A model generated the notes under the pieces. That model saw only the letters and a program-made list of their open reading frames with translations, ran no database searches and was not told where the DNA came from. Below are positions 43,477 through 53,198 of a DNA stretch of 64,000 nt, in pieces (within the stretch, counting starts at the first letter, position 1; every line of letters begins with the position of its first letter). Source of the DNA: Corynebacterium glucuronolyticum (lineage in GTDB: Bacteria > Actinomycetota > Actinomycetes > Mycobacteriales > Mycobacteriaceae); the NCBI GenBank assembly GCA_022772305.1, contig JALFAQ010000006.1, forward strand, positions 5,478 through 69,477. Reading direction: 5' to 3'. Position numbers and translations under genes: made by a program.

Positions 43477-44337
43477 CTACGGGGTAAAGCTGAGAGCGCA
43501 GGTGCGACCCTCCGCCTGCTTCACATACGGACGCATCGCCTTCGCCGCCCGGGTGAGGGCATCCTCGGCATCTTCCCGGTAGGCCTCGGACTCCACGTTC
43601 GCGGCGAGGACGATGGTGATGTCTCCCCCATCCTTCGCCGGCACGATGCCCATCTGCCGGGCCTGGTAGGTGCCATCGTCATCGGGACCCCAGCCGCCCT
43701 TGAAGTCGGCGTCGCGGAATTCGCCCAGGCCCCAGCGCTGCTCGTCGATGACATCACCCATGTAGTCGAGGACGATATCGACGTTGTCCAGGCAGCGCAG
43801 ATTGGACATGAACCGGGCCTGGTGGTGCAGGCTCCACTGGGTGGCGCCGTAGGGCTCGTCGGGGGCGATCTTCACCTTCGTCGAGGTATCGCCCGTGGCG
43901 GCGAGGATGTCTTCCACGGCCTCGGCGCGCGCCTCGGGGGTGGTACCCAGGGTCTTCCACAACGTCCACGCCGTGTCGTTATCGGACCACCGCAGCGTCG
44001 CCTCCACGAGGTCACTGTCCGCCAAATCGGGATTGGCATCCACCGCGGCAACGACGATTGGCACCTTGATAGTGGACCAGGCGTTGGTGGTGGTGAGGGT
44101 GCCCGCCTTGTACGTGCCCGTGCCATCGATGACGACGACGCCGAAATCGCCACTGAAGCCATCCTCCATGGCGGCCTCCGCCGCGACTTCTGCAACCGTA
44201 GGGTGGACCTCCGCAGCCGGTGCGGGTGCCACCGCGTTGCTCAGCGTGGTGGCGTTGTTGCAGGCTGCGAGCCCTGTAGCTAGGGCGATGGTGGCGCACA
44301 GCGAAAACAGCGCGCGCCCAGGTGCCTTCAGGATCAT
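43477..44337 (-). CDS. class A beta-lactamase-like lipoprotein (paralog 1)
   Basis: Lipobox LATGLAAC; motifs STIK, SDN, KGG; ATG 44337 overlaps the rhomboid stop (ATGA). Confidence 0.6.
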   Translation of the reverse strand: MILKAPGRALFSLCATIALATGLAACNNATTLSNAVAPAPAAEVHPTVAEVAAEAAMEDGFSGDFGVVVIDGTGTYKAGTLTTTNAWSTIKVPIVVAAVDANPDLADSDLVEATLRWSDNDTAWTLWKTLGTTPEARAEAVEDILAATGDTSTKVKIAPDEPYGATQWSLHHQARFMSNLRCLDNVDIVLDYMGDVIDEQRWGLGEFRDADFKGGWGPDDDGTYQARQMGIVPAKDGGDITIVLAANVESEAYREDAEDALTRAAKAMRPYVKQAEGRTCALSFTP

Positions 44338-45056
44338 GCCCCGCGAACCCCCCGCGGGCGGATCGGATCGTCGGAGGTGAGGAAAATTCCGCACAGGATC
44401 CCCGCGAGCGCCCCGAAGAGGTGTCCCTGCCAGCTCACCGACGGATCGGTGGGCAGCACGCCCCAGATGAGACCGGAGTACGTGAAGGCGAGGGCCACGC
44501 CGAGCACGATTTGCCCCAGGGACTTGTTAAAGATGCCGCGCACGATGAGGTAGGCAAGCCAGCCGTAGATGATGCCCGAGGCACCGATGTGGTTGGTGCC
44601 GATGCCACCGAATACCCATGTGCCGAACCCGCCGACCACCGTACATATGAGAGTGACCTCCCAGAACACACGCCTGCCGGAGCAGCCGACGAGGAAGGCG
44701 AACACGGCACCCACCATCGTGTTGGAGATGATGTGCGACAGGTTCGCGTGCAGGAGAGGTGAGGTAAGAATAAACGGTAGCGACGACGGATCCAGCGGGT
44801 GGATGCCGAAGTTCGCCAGCCAGCCTCCCGTGAGGTACGTGACGATGAAGACGGCCCAAATAACGATGACGAAGCCAGCGGCGATGCGCAGGCCGACCTT
44901 GATCCCGCCACGTCGGCGCGGAGCCTGCGGTAGGGGCGCGGGTAGCTGGCCAAACTGGCCCGTGCCACTAAAACCCGGGGTGCGGTACCCAGGGCGCGGG
45001 TTCTGCGAGGGCGGAAAACTATTCACCTGTACACGCTGTCCTTTACCACGAGACAT
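44334..45056 (-). CDS. rhomboid-family intramembrane serine protease
   Basis: LHANLSHIISN, GASGIIYG (catalytic Ser), WQGHLFGALAG (catalytic His). Confidence 0.8.
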   Translation of the reverse strand: MSRGKGQRVQVNSFPPSQNPRPGYRTPGFSGTGQFGQLPAPLPQAPRRRGGIKVGLRIAAGFVIVIWAVFIVTYLTGGWLANFGIHPLDPSSLPFILTSPLLHANLSHIISNTMVGAVFAFLVGCSGRRVFWEVTLICTVVGGFGTWVFGGIGTNHIGASGIIYGWLAYLIVRGIFNKSLGQIVLGVALAFTYSGLIWGVLPTDPSVSWQGHLFGALAGILCGIFLTSDDPIRPRGVRGA

Positions 45057-45109
45057 CCATCAAAACTGTCGCCTAAACGATAGCGCATTATGCACAAAAC
45101 GAGGTACCA

Positions 45110-46069
45110 CTATAGGGCGATATCGCGAAACGCCGTCCGCCCGTGCGTGCCCGACGCGTGAACAATCGCGCACTGGATGGCCTTCTGTGTGGCATCTGCG
45201 CTGGCTGCACACAGGGCGACCATGTCGAGATCCTGCTCACTGGGGGTGGCATCGTGGGGATCGGACAGTGCAAAGATCGTGTCGCCATCGAGAGGCGAGT
45301 GGCTTGGACGCACGGCGCGAGCCAAGCCGTCGTGGGCGACCATCGCCAAGCGCTTGAGCTGGCCTGGGGCCACGGGAGCGTTCGTCGTCACGCAGCCGAT
45401 CGTGGTGTTGAGCTTCGGGCGCGGGGGTGTCAGCGTGGAGAACTTTTCGTAATCCACCTTCAGGTCCGTGTCCCACAGGCAGTGCGTCGTGGGATCCACC
45501 ACATCGCCCATCGGGTTGGCGACGATATAGGCCGTCACCTCGTAGGGGCCAGCAGGGACCGTGGCGGTGCCGAAGCCACCGGAGATCCTGCCCGCGGTGG
45601 CTGCTGTGCCCGCGCCGACCGAGCCGACCTCGACGGATGCCGAATCACCTGCGGCGGTAAGTGCTGCGGACAGGGCTGACTGGCCGTCGACAAGCGTGGG
45701 GCGATGGGAGGGAGAACCCACAAAAAGATCGAAGATAACCGCAGCCGGAACGATGGGGACGACCGGCCCACCGTCGATGACGGGGAAACCGATGCCCCGC
45801 TCCTCCAGGCCGAGCATAACGCCGTCGGCGGCGGCGAGTCCGAAGGCGGAACCGCCGGAAAGAACAATGGCGTGCACCTTCTCGACGGTGTTGTGGGTCT
45901 CCAGAAGGTCCGTCTCGCGGGTGCCGGGGCCACCACCGCGAACATCGACGGCCGCCAGGGCACCCTCCGGGCAGGCGATGACCGTACAGCCCGTATCGCC
46001 CAGTGTGGCATGGCCAACGCGAATCACAACATCGCCTCCAACAGCGAATCCTGGTGGTAGGCCAGCCAC
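45110..46069 (-). CDS. P1-family peptidase (DmpA/S58-like)
   Basis: GCTVIA..., GGGPGTRETDLL, VLSGGSAFGL pattern; Rv1333-like position; start uncertain (46-nt overlap with the upstream gene). Confidence 0.65.
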   Translation of the reverse strand: MAGLPPGFAVGGDVVIRVGHATLGDTGCTVIACPEGALAAVDVRGGGPGTRETDLLETHNTVEKVHAIVLSGGSAFGLAAADGVMLGLEERGIGFPVIDGGPVVPIVPAAVIFDLFVGSPSHRPTLVDGQSALSAALTAAGDSASVEVGSVGAGTAATAGRISGGFGTATVPAGPYEVTAYIVANPMGDVVDPTTHCLWDTDLKVDYEKFSTLTPPRPKLNTTIGCVTTNAPVAPGQLKRLAMVAHDGLARAVRPSHSPLDGDTIFALSDPHDATPSEQDLDMVALCAASADATQKAIQCAIVHASGTHGRTAFRDIAL

Positions 46070-46557
46070 TCCACGAGCCGCTGGCGGTCCTCCTCACTCG
46101 TGCCATTCATCGGCGCGGAGGAGGCAATATACAGCCGGATATCGTTGACGGCGGCCACCCACTGGTTGGCCTCCTCGGGCGTCAGCTGCACCGCAACGTT
46201 TCCGTCGGGGCCCAACTTCTGCCCAATCACCTGCAGGTTTTCCAGCTTCGCGCGGCAGATGTCGTTTTCTGTCAGGCTGCGCATGAGCGCGTTGTCGCCG
46301 TCGAATTCCTCGTCCTCGGCGCGCTGAAAATCAGGCAGCAAGCGGGCAAGACCTGGATCCTTCGGCGGCTCCTTGTGGCCGGAGGTCATCCCCGTGAGCT
46401 CCTCCAACGGATCCTTCGGGGCCGTCTGCGTGCGCTCGATAAGCCGCTCGGCGACGACGGAGGCGAGGTTGCCCAGCACCTCCCGCTCCATGGGGCCGAG
46501 CACAGTCTCGTAGTGCGCCGGCCGCATAAACGGCTTTTTCTTCTTCCACGGTTCCAT
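46024..46557 (-). CDS. DUF2017-domain protein (ClpS-associated)
   Basis: Acidic 177-aa protein immediately after clpS (TAAATG junction), the conserved actinobacterial pairing. Confidence 0.6.
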   Translation of the reverse strand: MEPWKKKKPFMRPAHYETVLGPMEREVLGNLASVVAERLIERTQTAPKDPLEELTGMTSGHKEPPKDPGLARLLPDFQRAEDEEFDGDNALMRSLTENDICRAKLENLQVIGQKLGPDGNVAVQLTPEEANQWVAAVNDIRLYIASSAPMNGTSEEDRQRLVEWLAYHQDSLLEAML

Positions 46558-46860
46558 TTAGCCCCCCTGCTGCATCGTGGCCCACAGGCCCGCCGTATGC
46601 ATCTTCTTCACGTCGGCCTCAACCTTGTCGCGCTCCCCAGAGGAGACGACAGCCTTGCCCTCCGTGTGGACCTGCATCATCAGTTCCGTGGCTCGCTTGC
46701 GCGAGTAGCCCAGCATGGTCATGAACACGTGCGTAACGTAACTCATCAGGTTGACTGGGTCATCCCAGACGATACACATCCAGGGCAGGTTCTCCGAGGT
46801 TGCAACCTCAACGTCCACGTCAACGTCGGGTGTCGCTAGTGGCGCAGCGGGCATGCTCAT
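46558..46860 (-). CDS. clpS: ATP-dependent Clp protease adaptor ClpS
   Basis: [46 protein letters not shown]; start ATG 46860. Confidence 0.85.
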   Translation of the reverse strand: MSMPAAPLATPDVDVDVEVATSENLPWMCIVWDDPVNLMSYVTHVFMTMLGYSRKRATELMMQVHTEGKAVVSSGERDKVEADVKKMHTAGLWATMQQGG

Positions 46861-47028
46861 GCGCAGCCACCTCCTAAACGAAAAGTCATGCACCCCAGTG
46901 TAGTGAGCTTTTCAGAATCCCGACGTTCACGGCACGTGATCGGACATCCGTCCACAAAGATGCCGATGCGCGCGCAGCACGCGTTCTACTATGAAGGTGC
47001 ACAATTAGTTACCCCAAGGAATCACCCC

Positions 47029-47697
47029 ATGACCAACGACAACACCCCCGGCCGGCGCCCGCACGACGACTCCACGCAGTGGATTCCGCGCACCGACAGC
47101 CCGGAAACCACCCAGTTTGAACCCGTCCAACACCCCGGCGAAAGCGCTTACGGCACCTCGCAGAATTCCGATTACGGGCATAATCCCTGGTCGAATCGGA
47201 ATCAGTGGCAGCCCACGCAGCAATACGCTGCGCCAAGCCAGCCCCGGCCGGAACCGGTTCCACCGGAGGGGCTCTACGCTGCGCAACAGCCGCAGTACGC
47301 GCCGGCACCTGCGCCTGCCCCGCAGAAGCAGAAAGGCAACGGTGTAGTCATTGCCCTGCTCAGCCTCATCGTCCTCCTGCTCCTCGGCATCGCCGGGTGG
47401 CTGGCGTGGGACTCCGGCATCTTCGACCGCTCGTCTGACCAGAGCGAACGCCCCACCGTTGTGGAAACCGTCGTTGTGCCGCCCTCCCCGGCAGCACAGG
47501 ATGATACCCAGCAGCGCGCCTCCACGTCCGACCTACTCAACGGTGCCTCCCAGGCGAGCCAGGACGGCCAGGGGAAATTCTCCAGCCAGGCCGCCGGCTC
47601 TAGCGTGACAAGCGAGGCGTTTACCCTCGCGGTGGGCGACGCTTTCCGTGTGGAATACAACAAGACGCATACCCCGCCGACCACGGTCCGGGCGTAA
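47029..47697 (+). CDS. hypothetical Pro/Gln-rich single-pass membrane protein
   Basis: Disordered P/Q-rich N-terminus, TM VVIALLSLIVLLLLGIAGWLAW, about 100-aa extracytoplasmic tail; start ATG 47029. Confidence 0.5.
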   Translation: MTNDNTPGRRPHDDSTQWIPRTDSPETTQFEPVQHPGESAYGTSQNSDYGHNPWSNRNQWQPTQQYAAPSQPRPEPVPPEGLYAAQQPQYAPAPAPAPQKQKGNGVVIALLSLIVLLLLGIAGWLAWDSGIFDRSSDQSERPTVVETVVVPPSPAAQDDTQQRASTSDLLNGASQASQDGQGKFSSQAAGSSVTSEAFTLAVGDAFRVEYNKTHTPPTTVRA

Positions 47698-47749
47698 TCC
47701 TCAGTTACCAAGCAGAATTATACGATGACCTGCAAGACATCGAATAGTA

Positions 47750-48506
47750 TTGCGAAGTGCACCGGCGGCAACAACGCTGTTGTGTATGTGTGATAGCACC
47801 CGGCGCGTGCTAGCCGCAGCGCTCGCTGTATCGGGGGCCTGCGCAGGCTGCGCGGGGGCTCCACGGGAGGAGGAAGCACTGCCACCGATGACCCGTGACC
47901 GTGACACAGACATCGGCGAACCCGTCAAGTACGGCACCTGTGGTGGCGGATCTGCAGACCCCGGCGGATGCCGCTGTCACCGCGGGTCTCGCCGTAGGCG
48001 GGGGAAACGCCAGAGTGGGGCTGTCCCGCGGCGGGGAAACCGCTGCAAGTGGGATGACAGCGCCGGTTGCCAGCTGGTCGACGAGCAAGGTGCCGCTGGC
48101 CATTGCCGCGCTGCGCGCCCAACCGGACCTTGCCCCCACAGCCGCGGCAGCCATCACCATTTCTGACAACGCCGCCGCGCAGACCCTGTGGGATGCCCTC
48201 GGTGGCAGCGATGCGGCGGCCGCTGGGGTCCAATCCGTCATCTCCGAATCTGGGGAGCAGATCGCCGTGCCTGCCATTGTCACCCGGCCTGGTTTTTCCG
48301 CTCTCGGGCAAACACTGTGGTCTGTGGACAGCCAGGCACGCTTCGCCGAAGCGCTCCCCCGCATCCCCGGTGCACAGCTACGGCCTCGGCACCGTAGCCG
48401 GCTGCGCGTTCAAGGGCGGGTGGGGACCCGACGACAGTGGTCTCTACACCACGCGCCAACCGGGGATTTTTCCCGCACAGCTACGCCTGCTGCCCCGCGA
48501 AGGTGA
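47750..48506 (+). pseudogene. class A beta-lactamase-like lipoprotein, third paralog, frameshifted
   Basis: Lipobox region (LAVSGACAGC) in one frame, STSK and SDN motifs in a second (47895..), KGGWGPDD motif in a third (48067..). The 3' end runs into pncB. Confidence 0.65.
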
Positions 48507-48527
48507 ACGCCGGTCTACCATGGCATT

Positions 48528-49832
48528 ATGCAGAACAAGTCCAGTGCGCTTTTCACTGACATGTACGAATTGACGATGCTTCAGGCCTCACTGAGGGATG
48601 GAACCGCCAACCGTCAGTGCGCCTTTGAAGTTTTTACACGTCGCCTCACCAACCAGCGCCGCTACGGCGTGGTTGCCGGAACCACGCGTGTGCTGGAAGC
48701 GGTCAAGGATTTCGTTTTCAGCGAAGAACAGCTCGCAAGCCTCGACTTCCTGGATGAGGAAACCATCGAGTACCTGCGCAATTACCGTTTTTCCGGGGAT
48801 ATCGACGGCTACCAGGAAGGTGAGCTGTACTTCCCCAATTCCCCGCTTCTTACCGTGCGCGGCACGTTCGCCGAGTGCGTGGTGCTGGAGACGGTCGTCC
48901 TGTCTATCATGAACGCCGACTCCACTGTCGCCACCGCCGCCGCCCGCATGGTGGTAGCTGCCGATGGTCGCCCAATCATTGAGATGGGGTCGCGCCGCAC
49001 GCACGAGTACAACGCCGTCACCGCCGCCCGCGCCGCCTACCTCGCCGGGTTTACCGCCACAAGCAACCTGGAGGCCTCCTACCGCTACGGCATCCCGGCC
49101 TCCGGCACGGCGGCACACGCCTGGACGCTCGTGCACGTCAACCCCGATGGCACCCCGAACGAAGAGGCGGCATTTCGCTCCCAGATCGAGACCATGGGCA
49201 TCGATACGGTGCTGCTTGTGGACACGTACGACATCGACAAGGGCGTGCGCACAGCAATTGATGTGGCCGGCCCGAAGCTCGGTGGCATCCGCATCGACTC
49301 CGGCGATCTCGGCCCCATGACCCGGCGCGTGCGCAAGCTACTCGATGAGCTTGGCGCTGTGGACACCAAGATCGTTGTGTCCAGCGACCTGGACGAGTTC
49401 ACCATGGCAGGTCTGCGCGGCGATCCGGTGGATTCCTTCGGCGTGGGCACCTCCGTGGTGACCGGTTCCGGGGCTCCGACTGCGGAGATGGTGTACAAGC
49501 TCGTGGAGGTCGACGGCATCCCCGTGGCCAAGCGCAGCGCCTCGAAGAAGACCCTCCCGGGCGCCAAGCGCGCCATTCGCACGAGCCGCGCATCCGGCAC
49601 GTGCGTGGAGGAGATCGTCTTCCCGTTCTACAACGAGATTCCCGATGTGGGCAACTTCCACTACAAAGAGCTCACCCAGCCGCTCATGCGCGACGGTGAG
49701 GTCGTCGACGGCCAGCCGACACTCGAGGAGTCCCGCCAGCTGCTGGCCGACAACCTCGTGTCCCTGCCGTGGGAAGGCCTCGCACTGAGCAAGGATGAGC
49801 CGGCCATTGGAACCCGATTCGTAGGTTTCTAG
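48528..49832 (+). CDS. pncB: nicotinate phosphoribosyltransferase
   Basis: ALFTDMYELTMLQA N-terminus and NAPRTase family length (434 aa). Confidence 0.85.
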   Translation: MQNKSSALFTDMYELTMLQASLRDGTANRQCAFEVFTRRLTNQRRYGVVAGTTRVLEAVKDFVFSEEQLASLDFLDEETIEYLRNYRFSGDIDGYQEGELYFPNSPLLTVRGTFAECVVLETVVLSIMNADSTVATAAARMVVAADGRPIIEMGSRRTHEYNAVTAARAAYLAGFTATSNLEASYRYGIPASGTAAHAWTLVHVNPDGTPNEEAAFRSQIETMGIDTVLLVDTYDIDKGVRTAIDVAGPKLGGIRIDSGDLGPMTRRVRKLLDELGAVDTKIVVSSDLDEFTMAGLRGDPVDSFGVGTSVVTGSGAPTAEMVYKLVEVDGIPVAKRSASKKTLPGAKRAIRTSRASGTCVEEIVFPFYNEIPDVGNFHYKELTQPLMRDGEVVDGQPTLEESRQLLADNLVSLPWEGLALSKDEPAIGTRFVGF

Positions 49833-49836
49833 GGCC

Positions 49837-51756
49837 TTGAAGGAGATCCAGGATCTTTTGACCCAGGCGGTCGAAGCCATTGGCGGATCGCCCCGGCCCG
49901 GCCAGCAACAGATGGCCGACGCCGTGGCGCACGCCTTTGACTCCGACCGCCATCTCGCCGTTCAGGCGGGAACCGGCACCGGGAAGTCACTCGCCTACCT
50001 CGTGCCATCGCTGCACTACGCCCACGAGAAGGACGCGTGCGTTATCGTCGCCACGGCGACCCTGGCGCTGCAGCGGCAGCTGGTGGAGCGCGACCTCCCG
50101 CGCCTGGTAGAGGCACTCGACGGGGATTACACCTACGCCATCTTGAAGGGCCGCTCCAACTACGTGTGCCTAAACAAGCTGGCGGGCGAAACCGCGCTCA
50201 TCGGTGCCGAGGATTACCAGTGGATGGCTCCGTACCTGGAGCGCGTGTACAAGTGGGCCGACGAGACGGAAACCGGCGACCGCGATCACCTGGAGCCCGG
50301 CGTTCCGCAACAGGTGTGGGCGAAGGTGTCCACCACCGCGCAAGAGTGCCCGGGGGCCTCCGTGTGCCCGCACGGCGACGACTGCTTCGCGGAGAAGGCA
50401 AAGGCCAAGGCGCGGGGCGTGGACGTGGTGGTCACCAACCACGCGCTGCTGGCCATTGATGCCACCTCCCCCATCGATATTTTGCCTGCCCACGATGCGG
50501 TCGTCATCGACGAGGCGCACGAGCTCGTGGACAAGATCACGGATGTCTCCACTGCGACGATCAGTGTCATGGCGCTGAAGATGGCGGCGACGAGGGCCGA
50601 AAAAATCGTCGGCAAGCATGCAGACGGTGTGAAGCACCTCCGGGAGGTCACAGGAGACCTCGACACCATCCTCCCCGAGCTCCCCCTCGGGCGCTGGGAG
50701 GACGAAACCCCCGAGGCGGCCAAGGCGCCGTTGGCCGGTGTCGGCGAGGCCCTCGATGCCGTGTACCAAGAGCTCTCCCTCACCGAGGACGATGCCGAGG
50801 GCGACCCCGAAACCTACGCCGAAAAGCGCAGCCTCATGAGCCACATCCAGACGCTCATCGACGGCCTGGAGCGGATGCTCGAAGGCTCTGACGCCGATGT
50901 TGTCTGGCTGGAAACCGACCTCCGCGGCGAACGGCGCCTCATGGTCGCACCCCTATCCGTCGCCAGCGTCCTCGCCGACAACCTCTTCGGACACAACACC
51001 ACCATCCTCACCAGCGCCACCCTCGCCCTCGGAGGCAAATTCGACGCCATGGCCCGCGCCTGGGGCCTCACCGGCCTCCCCTGGGACTCCCTCGACGTCG
51101 GCACCCCCTTCGACACCACCGGCTCCGCCATCATGTACCTCGCCCGCCACCTCCCACCACCCGGACGCGACGGCCTCACCGACGAGCTACTCGACGAACT
51201 GGAGCACCTCATCCTCGCCGCCGGTGGCCGCACCCTCGGACTCTTCTCCTCCAAACGCGCAGCCGTCGAAGCCACCGAAGCACTCCGCCCCCGCCTCCCC
51301 TTTGACATCTACTGCCAAGGCGACGACGCCATCGGCACCCTCATCGAACAATTCGCCAACAACGAAAACTCCTGCCTCTTCGGCACCCTGAGCCTCTGGC
51401 AAGGCGTCGATGTCCCCGGCCCCTCTCTCTCACTTGTCACCATCGACCGCATCCCCTTCCCCCGCCCAGACGACCCCTTAAGCCAAGCACGCAAAGAAGC
51501 AGCCGACGCCGCCGGCGGAAACGGCTTCATGCAAGTCACCGCCTCCCACGCCGCCCTCCTCATGGCACAGGGCACCGGCCGCCTCCTCCGCGCCACCACC
51601 GACCGCGGCGTCGTCGCCATCCTCGACTCCCGCATCGCCACCAAACGCTACGGATCATTCATCCTCCGCTCCATCCCACCCATGTGGACCACAACAGACC
51701 TAGACACCGTCACCGGCGCCCTCAAGCGACTCGTTAAAGCACGGCACAAGAAGTAG
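49837..51756 (+). CDS. dinG: ATP-dependent DNA helicase, DinG/XPD family
   Basis: AGTGTGKS Walker A, DEAH box (VIDEAHEL), Fe-S Cys cluster (CPGASVCPHGDDCF), C-terminal helicase motifs. Confidence 0.8.
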   Translation: MKEIQDLLTQAVEAIGGSPRPGQQQMADAVAHAFDSDRHLAVQAGTGTGKSLAYLVPSLHYAHEKDACVIVATATLALQRQLVERDLPRLVEALDGDYTYAILKGRSNYVCLNKLAGETALIGAEDYQWMAPYLERVYKWADETETGDRDHLEPGVPQQVWAKVSTTAQECPGASVCPHGDDCFAEKAKAKARGVDVVVTNHALLAIDATSPIDILPAHDAVVIDEAHELVDKITDVSTATISVMALKMAATRAEKIVGKHADGVKHLREVTGDLDTILPELPLGRWEDETPEAAKAPLAGVGEALDAVYQELSLTEDDAEGDPETYAEKRSLMSHIQTLIDGLERMLEGSDADVVWLETDLRGERRLMVAPLSVASVLADNLFGHNTTILTSATLALGGKFDAMARAWGLTGLPWDSLDVGTPFDTTGSAIMYLARHLPPPGRDGLTDELLDELEHLILAAGGRTLGLFSSKRAAVEATEALRPRLPFDIYCQGDDAIGTLIEQFANNENSCLFGTLSLWQGVDVPGPSLSLVTIDRIPFPRPDDPLSQARKEAADAAGGNGFMQVTASHAALLMAQGTGRLLRATTDRGVVAILDSRIATKRYGSFILRSIPPMWTTTDLDTVTGALKRLVKARHKK

Positions 51757-51766
51757 AAAGGACCCC

Positions 51767-53149
51767 ATGCCCTACCCAGAAGAAACCCTGCCCGAACTGG
51801 TCTTTTGCCACCAGAATGAGCCGAACAACACGGCCATGATCGACACCAAGCGATCCATCACCTTCGCCGACCTCGCACGCGAAATCGAGCACGTCGCCGC
51901 TGGTCTTCGCGCCGTGGGCATTGCCCCCGGCGACGTCGTTGGCGTGTGCCTGGAGAACTCCATCGACTTCGCCGCTGCCTTCCACGGGTGCATCGTCGCT
52001 GGGGCTATCGTCATGCCGATTGGTGGGGAGGTGCCGGAGGATCCGCGTCCGGCGTATGTTATCGACTCCTCCACCTACCCAGCACTTTCCTCCTGTGACC
52101 AGCGGATTGAGATTGGTTCTGTGCCGGTTGACCTCGATGGGCCATGCTGTTATCCGATTTCTTCGGGGACAACGGGTGCGCCCAAGGTCGTGGTTCTGAC
52201 ACACCGCAACCTCGTGGCCAATACCGTGCAATTCGGGGCGAAGGTGCCGGTGCCGCGCGGGAGCGTGTGCCAATCAGTGCTGCCGTTTAGCCACATTTAC
52301 GGACTGACAGCGCTGTTGAACGTGCCGCTGTACCTGGGGGCGACCGTCGTCGCCATGCCGTTTGAGGCAGAACGGTTCATTACTGCACACGAGAAGTACC
52401 ACGTGCACACGACGTTCATTGCGCCTCCGCTGGCAACACTTCTGGCCCGGCACCCGCTCGTGGAAAAGACGGACTTTTCGGCGTTGAAGTATATGATCGT
52501 GGGGGCGGCTCCCCTCAACGTGGCCGACGGTGCGCTCGCTGCCGAGCGCACCGGCTCCCGGATGCTGCAGGGCTACGGGATGACGGAGGCATCGCCGGTG
52601 ACGCACTTGACGACGGCGTCGACAACACCGCTGAGTTCCATCGGGCATCCCCTGCCTGACACGGAGCAGCGCATCGTGGATCCGGCGACGATTACCGATG
52701 TGCCGGATGGTGAGGTCGGCGAGCTGTGGGTTGCCGGCCCCCAGGTCATGGCGGGCTACTACCACAACACGACGGCGACCGATGCGACGCTCGTCGGCCA
52801 CTGGCTGCGTACCGGAGACCTCGCGCGGGTGTTGCCGGGGGGCGAGGTGGAGATCGTCGACAGGCTAAAGGACGTGATCAAGTACCACGGCTACCAGGTC
52901 TCCCCCGTCAAGCTCGAGACGCTCATTACCGCCTGCCCCGGGGTGAGCGATGCCGCTGTCGTGCGGGAGCTGCACGATGGGGAGGAGATCCCCGCCGCCT
53001 ACGTCGTCGGCACCGCCACGTCTGAACAGGTGATGGCGTTTGTGGCCGAGCGCGTCCCCGGCTACGAGAAAATCCGCGCTGTCCACCACATCGGCGCGAT
53101 TCCGCGGTCGGCTGCCGGCAAGATTCTGCGCCGCGAACTGCGCGCATAA
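51767..53149 (+). CDS. AMP-dependent acyl-CoA synthetase/ligase
   Basis: SSGTTGAPK AMP-binding motif, GYGMTE, GDLA...DRLKDVIK, C-terminal GKILRREL. Confidence 0.8.
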   Translation: MPYPEETLPELVFCHQNEPNNTAMIDTKRSITFADLAREIEHVAAGLRAVGIAPGDVVGVCLENSIDFAAAFHGCIVAGAIVMPIGGEVPEDPRPAYVIDSSTYPALSSCDQRIEIGSVPVDLDGPCCYPISSGTTGAPKVVVLTHRNLVANTVQFGAKVPVPRGSVCQSVLPFSHIYGLTALLNVPLYLGATVVAMPFEAERFITAHEKYHVHTTFIAPPLATLLARHPLVEKTDFSALKYMIVGAAPLNVADGALAAERTGSRMLQGYGMTEASPVTHLTTASTTPLSSIGHPLPDTEQRIVDPATITDVPDGEVGELWVAGPQVMAGYYHNTTATDATLVGHWLRTGDLARVLPGGEVEIVDRLKDVIKYHGYQVSPVKLETLITACPGVSDAAVVRELHDGEEIPAAYVVGTATSEQVMAFVAERVPGYEKIRAVHHIGAIPRSAAGKILRRELRA

Positions 53150-53198
53150 AAGTATAATGCCCGTGGCACCACACTGCCACGGGCATACGTGTAGGTTT

